A stretch of DNA of 63,805 bases, the filler included, from Chiloscyllium plagiosum (lineage: Eukaryota): the NCBI RefSeq assembly GCF_004010195.1. It is 5 parts of one record of this genome, joined end to end, with 100 filler letters (N's around TTAATTAATTAA, not from the genome) between each part and the next. Parts side by side here need not be neighbours in the genome. Positions count along the whole stretch, not along the records: positions 21,273 to 46,137 come from NC_057712.1; 4 more parts are not named here. One strand, given 5' to 3'. Of this stretch, positions 24,966 to 37,984 are shown one piece after another. Positions within the stretch are counted from its first letter, which is position 1, and each line of letters starts with the position of its first letter. The translations under genes and the position numbers were made by a program. The notes under the pieces are model-generated. The model saw only the letters and a list, made by a program, of their open reading frames with translations. It did no database searches and was not told the origin of the DNA.

Positions 24966-25875
24966 AATAGCTCTCATTTAGTGTAAAAGTCAACACCACA
25001 ACTTGGGTCCAGTGGGCCCACCAGTGCATGCTTACTGCAGTCCAGTGATGGAGGAGGATGGAGACTGGTCATCTCTATGTATTTTTTTCCCAGTCAGCTT
25101 ATTCAGAGATGTTATTACACACTTCCAGAGCATTTGAACCTATGTCTCCACAGCTCAGAGGTAGAGACACCATCACTGTGCCACAAAGGCCCTACTAGTT
25201 ATTTCCAGATCCTGGCCTGAAACACCAACTAGCTGGTTGGGTAACTGTGTGCTTCAGTCTAATTGTAGACCAGTTTGTCCTGAGGGAAGTTTTGTGTCAC
25301 ACTCAAATCATGGAAGGGATTGAATATGGTAATTTGAGAGAGCTCCTGTCAGTCTTGTACAGGGAGTTTGTGCTGTGGGTGTGTGTAAAATTCCAGACAA
25401 GTCTTAGAAGGATTTGTACCAGGGTGGAATTTTCAGAGTTCAATGAACAAACAAATTTGAGATTAAGCCAAATTCTCTGTTGGATGCGTTTTGCTCTTAT
25501 AATTTCTGAAGTTCAAAACTGTTGTGGGGGGTGGTGGTGGGGATGGGAGCAGAACACCTCCACATTCATATACCTTACACCAGACTCCATTCCCAAAGCT
25601 ATCATGTAGTTTAAACTTAATTGTAGCAAATTACTCCCAGGAGGCCAATTGAAACACTTCAAGGTGTCCTCAAAACATCCTACTAAAATCAAATATTCTC
25701 AAGGAGTCAAGCCATGTGATTAGCAAAAAGAGAGAAGATTTGATTTGAAAGATGTGAAACATATCAGAACACATCTTTGGGGACACACTGAGGTAAAGTC
25801 ACAGAGTTAGAGAGAGACACAACATTGCATTGACCTGACCCTCTAAGCAAAGATAATCTCTCCTATGAATAATTC

Positions 25876-26200
25876 ATAGAATCCCCACAGTGTGGGAACA
25901 GGTCCTTCGGCCCAACAGGTGAACACTGACCCTCCAAAGATTAGCCCACCCTGACTCATACTAGCCTTTATTTACCCCTGACTAATGCAACTAACCTACA
26001 CATCCTGAAACATTATGGGCAATTTTGCATGGCCAATTCACCCAACCTGCACATCTTTGGACTGTGGGAGGAAACCAGAGCAAACCCACGCAGACACGGG
26101 GATAACGTGCAAACTTCACACAGACAGTCGCCAGAGACTGGACTTGAACCCGGGTCTCTGGCGCTGTGAGGCAGCAGTGCTAACCACTGAGCTGCCATCC
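25876..26200 (-). mobile_element. HE1-type V-SINE
   Basis: Reverse-complement head gcagcagtgctaaccactgagc, V-domain and tail. Confidence 0.88.
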
Positions 26201-26696
26201 CACTTGATTTGATAGGCTTAATCCTCATTCAGACCCTTCTTCCTTCTGTCCTATCTGCTGCACCACATTGTACAAGATACAGGACAATGCTTTCATTCTC
26301 ATTACCCAAGGGTTTAGATAAAGATCTAATAAATATTGAAGGGAATAGGAAAAGGATGGGAGTGGAGGAATTGTACTGGAGCAATTAGATCCAAAGTAGC
26401 CTCAACACAGGCAAGACATACTGAACAGATTTAGCTCTACTCATTCTAATATTGAAAGTCGCTATTCTGCCTATCAAGCCAGTGACCAGTTAACTATCTC
26501 CTTGTTATTTAGTGTTGAAATGATACAGGAGAATCAAGTACAATCCAAGTGCATATGTTTAATGTGAAGAGGTGACTGTCATTCATTAGCTTGAGGCGAT
26601 TCAGTGATCATAACTCCAACTGTTTATGATTGATAATGTAAGATAGCCAGTCTAAGTCAACAATTCCAATGTGTCAGAAAACCTACCTAGAAATCA

Positions 26697-26840
26697 TGAT
26701 TTGGAGATGCCGGTGTTGGACTGGGGTGTACAAAGTTAAAAATCACACAACCCCAGGTTATAGCGACGCTCCGAAAGCTAGTGTGCTTCCAATTAAACCT
26801 GTTGGACTATAACCTGGTGTTGTGTGATTTTTAACTCTGT
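26697..26840. mobile_element. PLE family A hairpin copy with 13-bp target duplication tacctagaaatca
   Basis: Inverted arms gttaaaaatcacacaa / ttgtgtgatttttaac with flanking direct repeats. Confidence 0.88.
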
Positions 26841-27404
26841 ACCTAGAAATCAGTATTGATGCCGAAAACCAGGGATAAAAGAAAGCAACAGTGGATTGTT
26901 TTTTATGTGAAAAATGTACGCATCAGTCTCGTCTGAGACATGAGATATTAAAATATACAGAACAGATGTTTTTGTTATTTTGTGTTCAAATTCTGAGGCT
27001 TATACCCTGTGTTGGCACCTGGGGAGGGGGATGGTAATGGAAAGCAGGAGGCTGATCACTATGTGTAGGCAAGAGAGAAGCTGATCACTATGTCTTAGCG
27101 AGACAGAAGCTGATTACAGTATGAAGATGTGAGAGAGCCTGACTACCATGTAAGAAGGAAAGAGCAGAGGGTGTGTGTATGTGTATATGTGTGTGTGTGT
27201 GTGTGGGTGTGTGTGCAAGTCTCAATTACATTGTGTATGTCAACATGAAAAGAGGCTTTCCCTGCACTGAATCTTCTGTCACTGCGGAATATGGAAACGT
27301 TGGCTGGAATCTATAGAAAATAATAGCACTTTTGCAAATTTCTTTGAAAACATCTTTTGATCTTTACGTGATGTATTATAGACCTGAATTGAACAAGGGT
27401 CACA

Positions 27405-28205
27405 TTGAACATAGAACAGTACAGCACAGTATAGGCCCTTTTGGCCCACGATGTTGTGCCGAGCATTTATCTTGGTCTAAGATCAACCTCACCGACACAG
27501 CCTTCAATTTACTGTCCATGTGGTTGTCCAGTAATCACTTAAATGTCCCTAATGTCGCTGACTCTACAATCACTGCTGACAATGCATTCTATGCACCCAC
27601 CACTCTCAGCATAAAGAACCTCTCACTGACATCTCCCCTATAGCTTCCTCCAATCACCTTAAAATTATGACCCCACGTGACATGGGCGGCATGATGGCTC
27701 AGTGGTTAGCACTGCTGCCTCACAGTACTAGGGTCCCAGGTTCAGTTCCAGCCTCGGGCGACTGTCTGTGTGGAGATTGCACATTCTCCCTGTGTCTGTG
27801 TGGGTTTACTCTGGGTGCTCTGGTTTCCTCGTGCAGGCCAGGTGAATTGGCGATGCCAAATTGCCCATAATGTTAGGTGCATCATTCAGAGGGAAATGGG
27901 TCTGGGTGGGTTACTCTTCAGAGGGTTGGTGTAGACTGGTTGGGCCGAAGGGCCTGTTTCCACATTGTAGGAAATCTAATCTAATCATACACAGGCACTG
28001 CTGTGACAGCCATTTCTACCTGGGGAAAAGTCTCTAGCTATCTACTCTATCTGTGCCTCTCATTACCTTGTACACCTCTATCAAGTCACCTCTCTTCCTT
28101 CTTTCCAATGTGAAAAGCCATAGCTCACTCAACCTCTCTTCATAAGACAAGCCCTCCAATTCAGACAGCATCCTGGTAAATCTCCTCTGCACCCTCTCTA
28201 AAGCG
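27405..28205 (-). mobile_element. CR1 3' fragment with nested + strand HE1 SINE (27683-27987)
   Basis: ORF 28034-28216 ALERVQRRFTRML...SYEERL; SINE head gggcggcatgatggctcagtgg. Confidence 0.88.
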
Positions 28206-28911
28206 TCCAGACCCAAACATTTTTAACTCTGCTTTCTCTCCACAGAAGTTTGCCAGACCTGTTGAATTTTCTCAGCAACTTCTGCCTTTGTTTCTATTAT
28301 AAGCATCCACTGTTCAAACTAATACAAGCAGTAGTTAGAATCCAACATTACTGAAGTCAAATGTTGAAGCCAGAGGCAGTACCCTATGGAAAGGCAGGTT
28401 GTTGGTCCTTGAGATTTGGGTGAGGCTGTTATTGTATCACTCAAAGATATTTTGTGATTGTTCTGTGATTTTTCTGCTAAGGTGCGATATAAATATAAGT
28501 CTCAGTTTTCCCTTCTCTTTTGCAAAATGATCAAATTTTGTAATTTTTTTGCTACTTTTTTTCATACTTTCCTGTACAGTTGATTCTGCACCTGATAATG
28601 CCTGCATGAGGGACATAAACAGTCAACTTACCATCTGCTGCTCGATTCCTCTCCAATTTCATCAATTCCAATTCCAAGTATATGCTGATGAACCTGTTTG
28701 AAGCATGCCTCAGGTATGTGCAAAATACAAAATATTGTTGGCAAACGGTCCCATGGAGGAAACTTAGTAGTTTTATTTCTTCAATGGCAAGCTGAGACTC
28801 GATGGGGAAAGATTGCTGACAAAGGAATAACTTCTTTGAATATACTCTCTCGTGATGGCCTGTCAAAACTAATGATGTAAGTGGTAACATTATATACTGC
28901 TAATTCAGTTA

Positions 28912-29628
28912 CAGAGTCATAGAGATATACAGCATGGAAACAGACCCTTCGGTCCAACTCATCCATGCTGACCAGATATCCCAACCCAATCTAGTCCCAC
29001 CTGCCAGCACCCGGCCCATATCCCTCCAAACCCTTCCTATTCAGATATCCATCCAAATTCCTTTTAAATGTAGAAATTGTACTAGCCTCCACCCCTTCCT
29101 CTGGCAGCCCAATCCACACACTCACCACCCTCACCGTGACAAAGTTGCCCTTTTGGTCTCTTTTATATCTTTCCCCTCTCACCCTAAACCTATGTCCTCT
29201 AGTTCTGGACTCCCTCACCCCAGAGAAAAGACCTTGTCTATTTATCCTATCCATGCCCCTCATGATTTTGTAAACCTCTATCAGGTCACCCCTCAGCCTC
29301 CAACGCTCCAGGGAAAACAGCCTCAGCCTGTTCAGCCTCTCCCTATAGCTCAGATCCTCCAACCCTGGTAACATCCTTGTAAATCTTTTCTGAACCCTTT
29401 CAAGTTTCACAACATCTTTCCGATAGGAAGGAGACCAGAATTGCATTTGTCCATCTGATCAAGATTCCATTGTAACCTGAGGTAACTTTCTTTGCTGTCC
29501 ACTACACCTCCTGTAAACTTACTAACTATACCTCTTATGCTCACATCCAAATCATTTATATAAATGCCAAAAAGTCGTGGACCCAGCACCGATCCTTGTG
29601 GCACTCCACTGGTCACAGGCCTCCAGTC
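28912..29628 (-). mobile_element. CR1 LINE ORF2 3' fragment with internal deletion
   Basis: TSGVPQGSVLGP...INDLD joined to QFWSPSYRKDVVKLERVQKRFTRM...RTRGHRFRVRG. Confidence 0.92.
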
Positions 29629-29819
29629 ACTTTGCTTCTAGTGAGTTTAAAAACACCACACGCTAATATAGTTAGTTTCAGTTACATTTTTGTTTTAAAT
29701 TTGTTCTTGAGATGTCAGTATTACCAGCAATTGTGTTTCTTGCCCATCCTTAGCTACATATGACAACCAAATAGTCAACCAAACCATGCCAAACTGGAAT
29801 CAGGTCTTGGTGATAGTTC

Positions 29820-31150
29820 CCACTATAGATACTTGTCAAATAGATGGATCCTTAGACAATCCAGGAGATGTGCAGAGACCAGAAAATGCCCCTGTTTGTC
29901 GCTTTCATCGACCTCACCAAAGTGTTTGACCTGGTCAGCAGAAATGGCTTTTTCAAGTTTCTCTTGAAGATCGGCTGCCCACTGACACTGCTGAGCATGA
30001 TCGAATCCTTCCATAGTAACATAAAGTGGACAGTGCAGTTCAACGGCAGCTCTTCTGAGCCCTTTGATATCCGCAGCAGTGCCAAACAAGGCTGTGGCCT
30101 CGCTCCCACACTCTTTGGGATTTTTTTTTGCTGTGCTCCTGAAACATGCTTTTGGCACTGCAATGGAGGGGATTTACCTACACACTAGGTCTGATAGCAG
30201 GCACTTCAACCTGACCCGCCTCAGAGCCAATCAAACGTACGTGTGGCAATCATCAGGGACATGCTGTTTGCCAATGATGCTGCAGTTGCAACAAACACCC
30301 AGCAGGAACTCCAGTCACAGAGGCTCCACTGGTCATCACCATCGATGACTACGTACTCAATGTCATCCATTAGTTTACAAACCTTGGTTCTACCATCACT
30401 GACAACCTCTCCCTGGATACAGAGATCAACAAGAGTTTTGGGAAAGCAGCCTCAACTCTTGCTCCCCTCACAACGAGTATGGACAAATCCCAAGCTGACA
30501 GTGAAGACAAAAAATGTCAGTCTACAATGTCTGGGTTATAAGCACAATGCTATATGGCAGTGAAACGTGGACTACATATGTTAGACAGGAGAGAAGACTG
30601 AACACCTTCCACTTGAGGAGGATCTGCCATATCCTGAGCATATCCTGGCAAGACAGAGTGTCCAACACAGCGGTCCTATCTCGCACTGGCCTTCCCAGCA
30701 CGTACACTTTGCTCAGGCAGGAGAGACTGCGCTCGCTGGGCCACATCCACAGCATGCAAAGGATATTCTCTATGGAGAGCGTGCATCTAGGAAGAGACCC
30801 ATTGGGTGCCCCCAGCTGTGCTACAAGGACATCTGCATGAGGGACGTGAAGGTGCTTGATATCATTACAGAGTCCTGGGAAAGGCTTGTAGCTGACCACA
30901 CGAGATGGAGAAGCACCTGGACCAACACCTCAAAACAGAGGAAAAGAAGCTGATGAGTGCTGCAGCAGACAAGTGGGCACGCTGGAAGGAGTGCAGCAGC
31001 TCTAGCAGATCAATGACCATGTACAGATGTGACCTCAGCAACCAGGACTGTTATTCCAGGATTGGTCTTGTCAGTCACAAGCGACGTTGCTTCATGAAAG
31101 CAGAAAGCCAGAAAAACGAGGATGCAACCGATGGTCAGCCATGACCGAAA
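29820..31150 (+). mobile_element. RTE-clade (BovB-like) LINE, frameshifted RT and C-terminal C2H2-like region
   Basis: PLFVAFIDLTKVFDLVSR..LLKIGCP...KQGCGLAPTLFGIFF; MLFANDAA; MLYGSETW; YRCDLSNQDCYSRIGLVSHKRRC. Confidence 0.88.
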
Positions 31151-31379
31151 AGGGCCTCACTGGACAATCCAGCTAGATGTAAACATCTGACTGTCAGGTC
31201 AGTTCAAAACCTGCTCCCATTATGAGCCTCATACAGAAGATTGGCCAATATGTGGGAACCTGACCCTCTAAGCAAATGAGTTATGTGCTATTACACACCT
31301 CTGGACCATGTGGAGCATGAACCTGGGCCTCCTGGTTCAGAGGCAGGGACATTACCAATGTGCCACAAGAGGCCATCTG

Positions 31380-32510
31380 GAGCAGGCTAGTGTCCTAGGT
31401 TCAACAATCTTTAGCTGCTTTGAGAACAACCTTCCATCCATCATAAGGTCAGAAGTGGTGATGTTTGCTGATGATTGCACCACATACAGCACCATTCAGA
31501 ACTGAACAGGTACTGAAGCAGCCCAGATTCAAATGCAACAAGATCTGGACAATATCCAGACTTGGGCTGAAAAGTGACAAGGAACATTCATGTCACACAA
31601 ATGCTAGAAATTGAATATCTCCGATAAGAGATGATCTAACCATTGCCGCTTGACATTCAATGGGATCACCATTACTGAATTCCCAACTATCAACATCCTG
31701 GGGTTACCATTGACTAGAAACCGAACTGGACTCACCGTATAAATACAATAGATGCAAGATCAGGTCAAAGGCAAGGAATACTGCACTGTTAACTCACCTC
31801 CTGGCTCATTAAAGTCTGCCCGCCATCTACAAGGCTCAAATCAGGAGTGTGATGGAATACTCCCCACTTACCTGGATGGGTACAGCTTCTACAACACTTA
31901 AGAAACTTGACACCATCCAGGATAAAGCAACCTGCTTGATTGGGACCATGCCCACAACCATTCACTTCCTCCACCATTGACACTTAGTAGCAGCAGTATG
32001 TATTAAGTCCAAGATACATTGCAAAAATTCATCAAAGATCCTCAAAAACACTTTCCATACCCATCAACACTTCCATCCAGAAGATGAGGTGGTGCTGGTG
32101 TTGAACTGATGTGTACAAAGTTAAAAATCATACAATACCAGGTTATAGCCCAACAGGTTTATTTAAAAGCACAAGCTTTTGGAGCGCTGCTCCTTCAGCA
32201 CATAGCTCGTGGGGCAGAATCATAGGACACAGTATTTATAGCAAAAGGTCATAGTGTCATGCAACTGATGCAATATATTGAACAGACCTAGATTGCTGTT
32301 GGACTGTAACCTGCTGTTGTGTGATTTTTTTTACTTTGTCCATCTCAAAGGACAAGGGCAGCAAAAACACAGGAACACCACCACTTGCAAGTTCCCTTCC
32401 AGGGCACTCACCATCCACCACTTGCAAGTTCCCTTCCAGGGCACTCACCATCCTGACTTGGAAATATATCATTGTTCCTTCACTGTCACTAGGTCAAAAT
32501 TCTGGAACTC
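31380..32510 (+). mobile_element. Second CR1/L2-group LINE, RT to 3' end, interrupted by a diverged PLE family A copy (32087-32340)
   Basis: SVLGSTIFSCFENNLPSIIRSEVVMFADDCT; the tail ccatc.agaag/aaggacaagggcagca is split by the PLE. Confidence 0.82.
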
Positions 32511-34496
32511 CCCCACCTCCTTCTCCTCACCCACCCCTTTTCCATTTCTCTCTCTATGAAGCTTCTCCAGCTCAAGTATACTACCATCACTCTGGCCAAA
32601 TATCCAGCAGTTGTGCGCTTGCTCCAGTTCCCTTCCTGGTTCCCTAGCCATCATCAGAAGCTTCTTACCTACACATATTCACATCCTGGTCCTTCTTTCT
32701 TCATCCATTGTCCATGGCTTCTGACTCTGCCCTCCCCAACTTGTCAAAGACATTACTCCCTGGAGGAACCAGAAGAATTGATGGGCTCTCCCCCAACATC
32801 ACCACCTGCAGTTAACATATAAGGCAGAAAGATTGTTTTGGATTGGTCTGCCAGGTTCTTGTGAGGCATATGGGTCCACTTGCATTGTAACTTTAGTATG
32901 GGTATCAAATGGAAATAGTTTTACCTCCAGGCAATAATATTGCTATGATCCACTTTGAAATATTGACTCTCCTTCACTTCTTGCTTCCTTTCTCTTTTGA
33001 TTCTGTCTCAAATCCACTCTGCTCTTTTATTTTTGAAGAGTCAACGATATGTCACTAAACTCATAATCCAGTGCCCCAGGCTAATATTCTTGGGGTATGG
33101 TTCAAATCCCACCATTTAATCTGGTGAATTTTAAATGCAGCCATTAAATCTAGGATATAGAGCTAGATTCTGTCAGAGTGACTATGAAATTATCATTGAT
33201 TTGCAAAAACCAATTGGTTTACTGATGTCTTTTAGGGAGGAAATCAAGCTGTGTTTACCTGGTCTGGCCTACATGTGACTCCTGACCCATAGCAATCCTC
33301 TAAAATGGCCTAAAGAGTCAATTGGTTCAAGGGCAGCTAGGAATGGGCAAAATATACCTGGCCAGTGACCCCTCCCAGATGAAAGGATGTTTCTCTTCTC
33401 TTTTCTTATTCTTCCAGTATATCCATCTGCATATTTGTGTGTAGTAAGTTGACTTCGGTAGGGGTTGGGGTTAGAGTTATTAAGGTAATTGATAAATATA
33501 GGGAATGATGAAAAGAGATACCAATTGCTGTCCAATCTCCCTGTGGATGGGTGTGCACAGTCTTAGGTTGATTGGTCCTTGTAATGTGTGGATTTGTTGT
33601 ATTCTGAGTTACTCTGTATTGAGCTGCATTCTTCCTGCACCCACTGCTAAGGACTAACTCATGGTACCTATTCCAATCAGTTCTGTGCTCTATCAGTTGC
33701 TTGTTCCTGAAGCAAGGAGAGGAGAGCTGCTTACATGGCAAGCCCATCTCCAGCTCAACACTCTAATCCTGCAGGAAGCTGAACCAAGCACAGCACTTGC
33801 AATTCAGAGAACAGACATGGGATAGAGATGCATGGGAACACCAACATCTACCCATCCACCTCCAAATCACATAGCACCCTGACCTGGAAAGCGTATCGTC
33901 ATTCCATCACTGTCACCGGGTGACAATCCTGAAGCTCTCCTCCTAACAAAAATGCAGGGACTGCAGAGATTCATGAAGGCAGGTCACCGGGCCAATTAAA
34001 GATGATTAATGAATGCTGACCTGGCCAGTAAAGCCCACATCCTATCAATGTTTTTTTTAATTGCAGAAGGAAGAAGGTTAGTGCTTTCACCTGTCATGGG
34101 TCATTGCCAAATTCTATCCCTCAACCTTCTCACTGCAGTCCGTACGCCAGCAGACTCTATGGCATAAACAGAATCACTGCCAGAGACCCACCAAAAATAT
34201 TTAAGTTACAATGACCCCAGGAAATCCCCTGGTGCCTATTCTATGTTTATTGGGCGATGAGCTGATGTCCTGGCTCATTGTGATTCTAACACTGTCTTTT
34301 TTCACGAAAAGATTGTGTCAAATATTTTTCCCAGCAATACCGCATTACAAAGGGCAAGTAATTGAATGGTGATTTGTACACAGATAGTGTGCAAAAAAAA
34401 TGGGGAGACAAAAACTGGACCTAGGCACTAGGAAATGAAATTCGTTTGAACAGCACATACACACATGATGGATCAAATGGCTTCTTTCTGTACCAT

Positions 34497-34665
34497 GGAG
34501 AAAGTGAGGACTACAGATGTTGAACAGTCAGAATCAAAACGTGTGGCGCTGGAAAAGCACAGCAGGTCAGGCAGCATCCAAGGAGCAGGAGAGTCGACAG
34601 TTCAGGCTTATGCTGTCAGATGCTGCCTGACCTGCTGTGCTTTTCCAGCGCCACGCTTTCTCACT
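34497..34665. mobile_element. PLE family B-like hairpin copy
   Basis: cgtgtggcgctggaaaagcacagcaggtcaggcagcatc and its reverse complement gatgctgcctgacctgctgtgcttttccagcgccacg. Confidence 0.8.
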
Positions 34666-35494
34666 CCTTCTGTGCCAAGGCAATTCTGTGATTCTGAATT
34701 GATTAAAATATACATTTAGTTTCCTTCAACTTTACATTCATTAGCTAATTTAGACAATCCTTAAGAACATGCACTTTGTGGTATATAATGTCAGTCTTAC
34801 AATATTTGGAAGTCGTATAAAAACGGTTGGAAATACTGCAAATTTTGTTGCTTTTTCATGGACAACCTCAAATTTCAAAACCTTGTTTTCGTGGCAAATT
34901 ATTTCCTGCCATTGCTTGTATCTTTCTCGCTCTCTTTCTCAATGCTTCCCCTGTACTTTCATCTTTTTCTTCTACAGTAGATCTTGAAAATATTCACTTG
35001 ATATTTCAATGACCTTCTTTCACTGCCACTTTCATACTTTAGCATGTTCACTTCCTCCTTAGCCACCCTAATACTGAAAGAATGTCTCACTTCTTTATCT
35101 AAACTCATCTCCAAAATTCCCTTTATTCTTCATAATGTCATTTTGTAAAAGCTTATTCAAGCACTTTCCAGTGTCCTAGTGCTGCTTTGGCTAGTCAATT
35201 TGTTATGGTTTGATTTGCTCCTTTTTTAATTGTCAGTTTGGTCGATTAATTCATTCATTTCAGAGATTTATTTTTGACATATGTTAATGATCTGGATACA
35301 GAAACTAACATCAGTCGAAAGCAGAATATGTAGACGTCGAACACTCTGATAAAGGAAAAGAGAAAGTACCAGAAATACTCAGCTGGTCTGACAACATCTG
35401 TGGAGACAGAAACAGACTTAATGTTTTGAGTCATATATGACTCTTATAGACCCATAGAAAACAGTCTTCAGTCCAACCCATCCATGCTGACCAT

Positions 35495-36045
35495 AGAGTC
35501 ATAGACTCATAGACTCATAGAGATGTACTGCATGGAAACAGACTCTTTGGTCCAATTCATCCATGTAGAACAGATATCCCAACCTAATCTAGTCCCATTT
35601 TCCAGAACTTGACCCATATCCCTCTAAATCCTTCCTGTTCATGTACCCATCCAGATGCCTTTTAAATGCTGTAATTGTACCAGCCTCCACCACTTTCTCT
35701 GGCAGCTCACTCCATACACGCATCACCCTCTGCGTGAAAACATTACCCCTTATGTCTCTTTTAAATCTATCCCCCTCACCTTAAATCTATGACTCTAGTT
35801 TTGGTCTCCCCTACCCTGGGAAAAAGACCTTGTCTATTCACCCTATCCATGCTCCTCATGATTTTATAAATGTCCATAAGGTCACCCCTCAGCTTCGACA
35901 CTCCATGGAAAATAGCCCCAGCCTATTCAGCCTTTCCCTCTAGCTCAAATCCTCCACCCCAGAAACATCCTTGTAAATCTTTTTTGAAGCCTTTCAAGTT
36001 TAACTACATCCTTCCTAGAGCAAGGAGAACCACAACTGAACGCAG
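35495..36045 (-). mobile_element. CR1 LINE 3' fragment
   Basis: (catagagt)n tail; collinear with 28912-29440. Confidence 0.88.
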
Positions 36046-36139
36046 AGTCTTCCTCAGAATAGTTCTGAGTTCTGATTTGATGCAGGTGAAGAAAAGGCAG
36101 AATTCAGCAAATGCTGTTGAGGCAGACGTAAGTCATTTT

Positions 36140-36790
36140 GGTCATGGACAGAAAACAGAACTTAAGGTAGAGCAATATAATATTCTGAACAAGCAGCTCT
36201 TGAGAGGGGTAGCTCTTGAGAGGTCATTACCTTGTCACATATTAATGTTCCTGGGATCTCACTATGTTAAGATTGGCAGCTGCACTAGAGTGATCACACC
36301 TCAAAAACATAGTTCAATGACTGTAAAATACTTTGAAATATTTGGAGTATGTGAAAGGAGCTATATAAATGCAAATGATACAGCTCCTTTTGCAACGTCC
36401 AGAGATCCCGAAGTATTTTGCAGTCAATGAACTATTTTTTTGAGATGTGATCGTTATTGAGCAGCAAGGAGAAAGTGAGGCCTGCAGATGCTGGCAATCA
36501 AAGTCGAGAGTGTGGTGTTGGAAAGGCACAGCTGGTCAGGCAGCATCCGAGGAGCAGGAGTTTCGACGTTTCAACCATAAGCTCTTCATCAGGAATGATG
36601 ATTCCTGCTGTGTTTTTCCAGCGCCACACTCTCAGCCTTGAGCAGCAGGTAATCTTGGCATAGTGAGATCCCAGAAACATTGATGTGATAATGACAAGGT
36701 AATCTTTTATTGTTAATATTGATAAAGGGATACGTTTTGAGCAGGAGCATGGCCATAACACTCCTGGTTCTCCTTCAAATCTTCCCTAAT
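36140..36790. mobile_element. Tail-to-tail pair of Deu-domain SINE fragments (+ 36140-36375; - 36400-36790), the latter interrupted by a PLE family B-like copy (36467-36636)
   Basis: attaccttgtca...ctgggatctcactatg vs catagtgagatcccag...tgacaaggtaat; PLE flanked by ttgagcagca. Confidence 0.65.
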
Positions 36791-37048
36791 GCAAGAGATA
36801 CTTAAATAAGCAGTGATGATGGTAATACCACTGGACCAGAAACTCAGGGTTGTGCTTTGGCAATATGGGTACACATTTCACATTGAGCATATGGTGGAAC
36901 CTAGAGATAATTGGTAAAAAAAATCTGGAATTGCATGCTAGCCTCAGGAAATTAAGTGAAGGCTTTGACATAAAATGTTAATAATAGTGACCATGAATCT
37001 ATCACTTTTGGCATGAAAACATTCTTGATTCATGAATAAGGAAGGAAT

Positions 37049-37250
37049 CCGGTTTCCTCCCACAGTCCAAGGACGTGCAGGTTAGGTGAATTGGTTTTGC
37101 TAAATTACCCATAGAGTTAGGTGCATTAGTCAGGGGTAAGTATGGGGAATGGGTCTGGATGGGTTACTCTTCGGTGGGTTGGTGTGGACTAGTTGAGCCG
37201 AAGGGCCTGTTTCCACACTGTAGGGAATCTAATCTAATCTAATCTAATCT
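37049..37250 (+). mobile_element. 5'-truncated HE1-type SINE
   Basis: ccggtttcctcccacagtccaa...gccgaagggcctgtttcc...(taatc)n. Confidence 0.85.
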
Positions 37251-37754
37251 CCCAATTTTACCCATTCTGAGCTACATGTAACTCAAAACCCTCAGTAATA
37301 TGACTGATTCTTAAGATCCCCATGGAATGGGTTGGTGGGGCAATCAGCTCGAAGTCAATTAGGGATGGGAAGAAATAATCCCAGAGATGTGGTTTGAAGG
37401 ATTTTTTCTTTACAAAGGTTGGGCTCAGTTTAATATCTCACCTGAATTACAAGATCTCCAGATATTGAATTGTCAATAGTAGAGAAACATTTGTTTTCTA
37501 AGTAGCAATGATACTCTGTCACATTTTGCTGCCTGCTTTAATTCCTGTTTCTGGGCAGGACATAATTTCTCTATAAGAACTTTTCTATTTTACAGGATCT
37601 CGCCCCAGTTTCAATGGTTGCTACCGCAGTTGAAGCTGAGGCATAAAAAGTGTTGGGGATTCCTTCAGAGAGTCTCTGTTGAAAGTCAAGATGTCTCCAA
37701 CACAGTGCGGCACTTTGCAAGCTCTCCACAGAAGACCTCACTCTCACATTTCTT

Positions 37755-37984
37755 ACAATGATGGTCGGTTTGGATAAATAATGCGATAGTTCCGTTCCCA
37801 TGCCATCTTGCATTATAAGAGAATCGTGCAATAGCTGTGCTATTTAAACTAATGGGGCTTGAATCAGGTTATAGCCAGTACAGGTAAGGAAGGTTCACGT
37901 TCCACAAACAACAGTCTAAATTCTTCAATCACGTTAAATCTAATTCACGTTGAAGAAACACATGTTATATCAGGATTGACTGTA
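37755..37984. mobile_element. Tc1/mariner-pogo-like MITE (related copies 42868-43200 and 43221-43442)
   Basis: Shared internal atttaaactaatggggct.gaat; ends gactgta/gacctgt(a) compatible with CAG termini and TA target sites. Confidence 0.5.

Noticed and set aside
32378..32451. Perfect 37-bp tandem duplication
   Set aside because: Simple slippage-type duplication inside a LINE 3' UTR; no further significance visible
35870..36430. 186-aa ORF
   Set aside because: Runs across antisense CR1 and SINE sequence; chance open frame
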